Positions 62,648-64,000 of a DNA stretch of 64,000 nucleotides are shown one piece after another; the stretch's first letter is position 1; every line of letters begins with the position of its first letter. The notes beneath the pieces are model-generated. The model saw nothing but the letters and a program-made list of their open reading frames with translations, did no database searches and was not told the DNA's origin. The translations under genes were made by a program, and so were the position numbers. The stretch spans positions 32,001 to 96,000 of the forward strand of contig CBDFFH010000015.1 of assembly GCA_965246715.1 (NCBI GenBank), in the 5' to 3' direction. This DNA is from Chamaesiphon sp. (lineage in GTDB: Bacteria > Cyanobacteriota > Cyanobacteriia > Cyanobacteriales > Chamaesiphonaceae).

Positions 62648-63615
62648 ACGTGAGTTCGGGTTAAGCCGAAGGCGGTAACACCCACTCAAATCCAAGAGAG
62701 GGCTTCTTCGGCTGATGGCAATAGGCAATTAAACCACACAAAACATTCACACAAAAGTTGACGGGGCTACGATGACGAGAATGTTCGACTTGGGAAATAT
62801 TTTTGAGCTGGTCAATAATCGTTTCAATAATTGAACGTTTTCTGCTCAAAAATTTGTCATTTAAACGCATTAATTTGTTCTTCATATTTCGCTTCGGTTT
62901 AGCGAAAAATTCTATTCCCTCATCTTCAAATAACTGTGTTGCTAATGATTGAGACACATAGCCCTTGTCAGCAAAAATCTTACCAAACAGAGATGAAACT
63001 AAGTTTAGGACTGGCTTGCGATCGTCAATATTACCAGGGGTCAGCATGATATTTAGAAGTTCACCGTTTTCATTAGCTACTAGATGTAACTTAAAGCCAA
63101 AGAACCAATCCACAGAGGTTTTGCCGCGAGCCGCCAGATTTTTAAAAACTTTATGTCCAGATATCCGTCGATTATGGCAGACTTTTAAACAAGTGGAATC
63201 AATAAAACTAATCCCTGTGCAAGCACCAAAGCACTGCTTGAGATAAACACATAAGGGCATCAGTGTCTGAGGTATCCATTCTACAAACCGTTGATAGCTG
63301 GGCAATAGGGGAAAAGCATCTGCCCAATAAACACTTACATGGTCGATGTAATAATGCTTGAAATTTCGGTAATGGTGCTGATGAAATGTTATCAAAATCG
63401 TCATGATTTCACTCAAACAGAGGCTTTTGGCTCGGCGACGGGTTTTGCTCCCATCGGAAATGAGCTGTAAGTGCCAGCTCGGTTCAAACTTTTGGCAGAA
63501 ATTGTCGATATCACAGAATAATGCATCTAAACTATTCATAGGAGGGTGTGCTAAATCGTTGATAGTAATACCTTTTAGCTTAACGCCCCCTCCTTTTCTT
63601 AACCCGAACTGACGT
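62648..63615 (-). mobile_element. IS982-family insertion sequence
   Basis: TIRs ACGTGAGTTCGGGTTAAG / CTTAACCCGAACTGACGT, about 970 bp, single transposase. Confidence 0.92.
62661..63539 (-). CDS. IS982 transposase
   Basis: SEIMTI, PSYQRF, IDST, WFFGFKLH, N.DD, ADKGY, R..IET....LK. Confidence 0.93.
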   Translation of the reverse strand: MNSLDALFCDIDNFCQKFEPSWHLQLISDGSKTRRRAKSLCLSEIMTILITFHQHHYRNFKHYYIDHVSVYWADAFPLLPSYQRFVEWIPQTLMPLCVYLKQCFGACTGISFIDSTCLKVCHNRRISGHKVFKNLAARGKTSVDWFFGFKLHLVANENGELLNIMLTPGNIDDRKPVLNLVSSLFGKIFADKGYVSQSLATQLFEDEGIEFFAKPKRNMKNKLMRLNDKFLSRKRSIIETIIDQLKNISQVEHSRHRSPVNFCVNVLCGLIAYCHQPKKPSLGFEWVLPPSA

Positions 63616-63630
63616 TAATTTAGACCGATA

Positions 63631-63676
63631 ATCCCCAATCCCAATCCCCAATCCCCAATCCTCAATCCCCAATCCC
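63631..63676 (+). repeat. STRR-type heptamer tandem repeat (CCCCAAT)n
   Basis: About six imperfect ATCCCCA units. Confidence 0.8.
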
Positions 63677-63683
63677 TAGAAAG

Positions 63684-64000
63684 ATGTACAGTAAATACTC
63701 CCGTCGAGCATCGCCGTTGCAAGATTTATTTATCCATTGGCAGCAAATGGATTGGTGGCTATTGCTAGTGGTGCTGGGGTTGACCTTTTTTGGCGGGACG
63801 ATGATCCGCAGTACGGAGCTAAGCCAACCCATAAATCATTGGGTTCAGCACTGGTTATTTGGTGGGATCGGGCTGACGCTCGCCTTATGCGTAGCCCGCA
63901 TCTCTTACAATTATCTGCTGCGGTGGCACTGGGTGACTTATGGTTTGGCAAATGGATTGCTGATTGCTGTAATGGCATTGGGAAGTAGTGCCAAGGGCGC
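63684..64000 (+). CDS. rodA: Rod shape-determining protein RodA (SEDS family), 5' part running off the window
   Basis: Manual translation: MYSK...WQQMDWWLLLVVLGLTFFGGTMIRSTE...WVQHWLFGGIG...Y...LLIAVMALGSSAKGA. Confidence 0.85.
   Translation, partial: MYSKYSRRASPLQDLFIHWQQMDWWLLLVVLGLTFFGGTMIRSTELSQPINHWVQHWLFGGIGLTLALCVARISYNYLLRWHWVTYGLANGLLIAVMALGSSAKG

Noticed and set aside
1..64000. Extreme CGATCG/GCGATCGC density as a novel signal
   Set aside because: This is the known HIP1 phenomenon of cyanobacteria. I used it only as a taxonomic cue.

Overview
Cyanobacterial chromosome segment. HIP1-type GCGATCGC/CGATCG sites are very dense, and psaK, nblA, a CAAD/CurT gene and a pix-type phototaxis operon are present. 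A Chamaesiphon-like host is my guess, not established. Housekeeping genes (cbiET, queD/PTPS, lepB, deoC, argB, dacB, trpF, hemF, mrp, rodA start) are interleaved with a stress-gene cluster (two GT4s, Dps, a 1039-aa membrane-anchored 98-aa-repeat protein, SDR, GMC oxidoreductase, TspO-like) and many mobile elements. The main signal is an IS110-family element at 4297-7237 (minus strand). Its ~370-nt non-coding end contains a readable bridge-RNA layout: one loop carries guides matching the reconstructed insertion target (CCCGCCC-CT-ACGGT, a REP-like repeat), and a second loop carries guides matching the element's own circle junction (ACAGTAT-CT-TGTAT). A TTGACA-17-TATCTT promoter forms only on circularisation. 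Its recombinase gene is split by an IS66 with an 8-bp target site duplication (TSD). Other mobile DNA includes ISAs1, ISL3 and IS982, IS982-ended MITEs carrying nested 47/51-nt hairpin cassettes, and 24-nt in-frame mini-insertions inside two genes. All calls come from reading the sequence and ORF translations by eye; no database searches were run.
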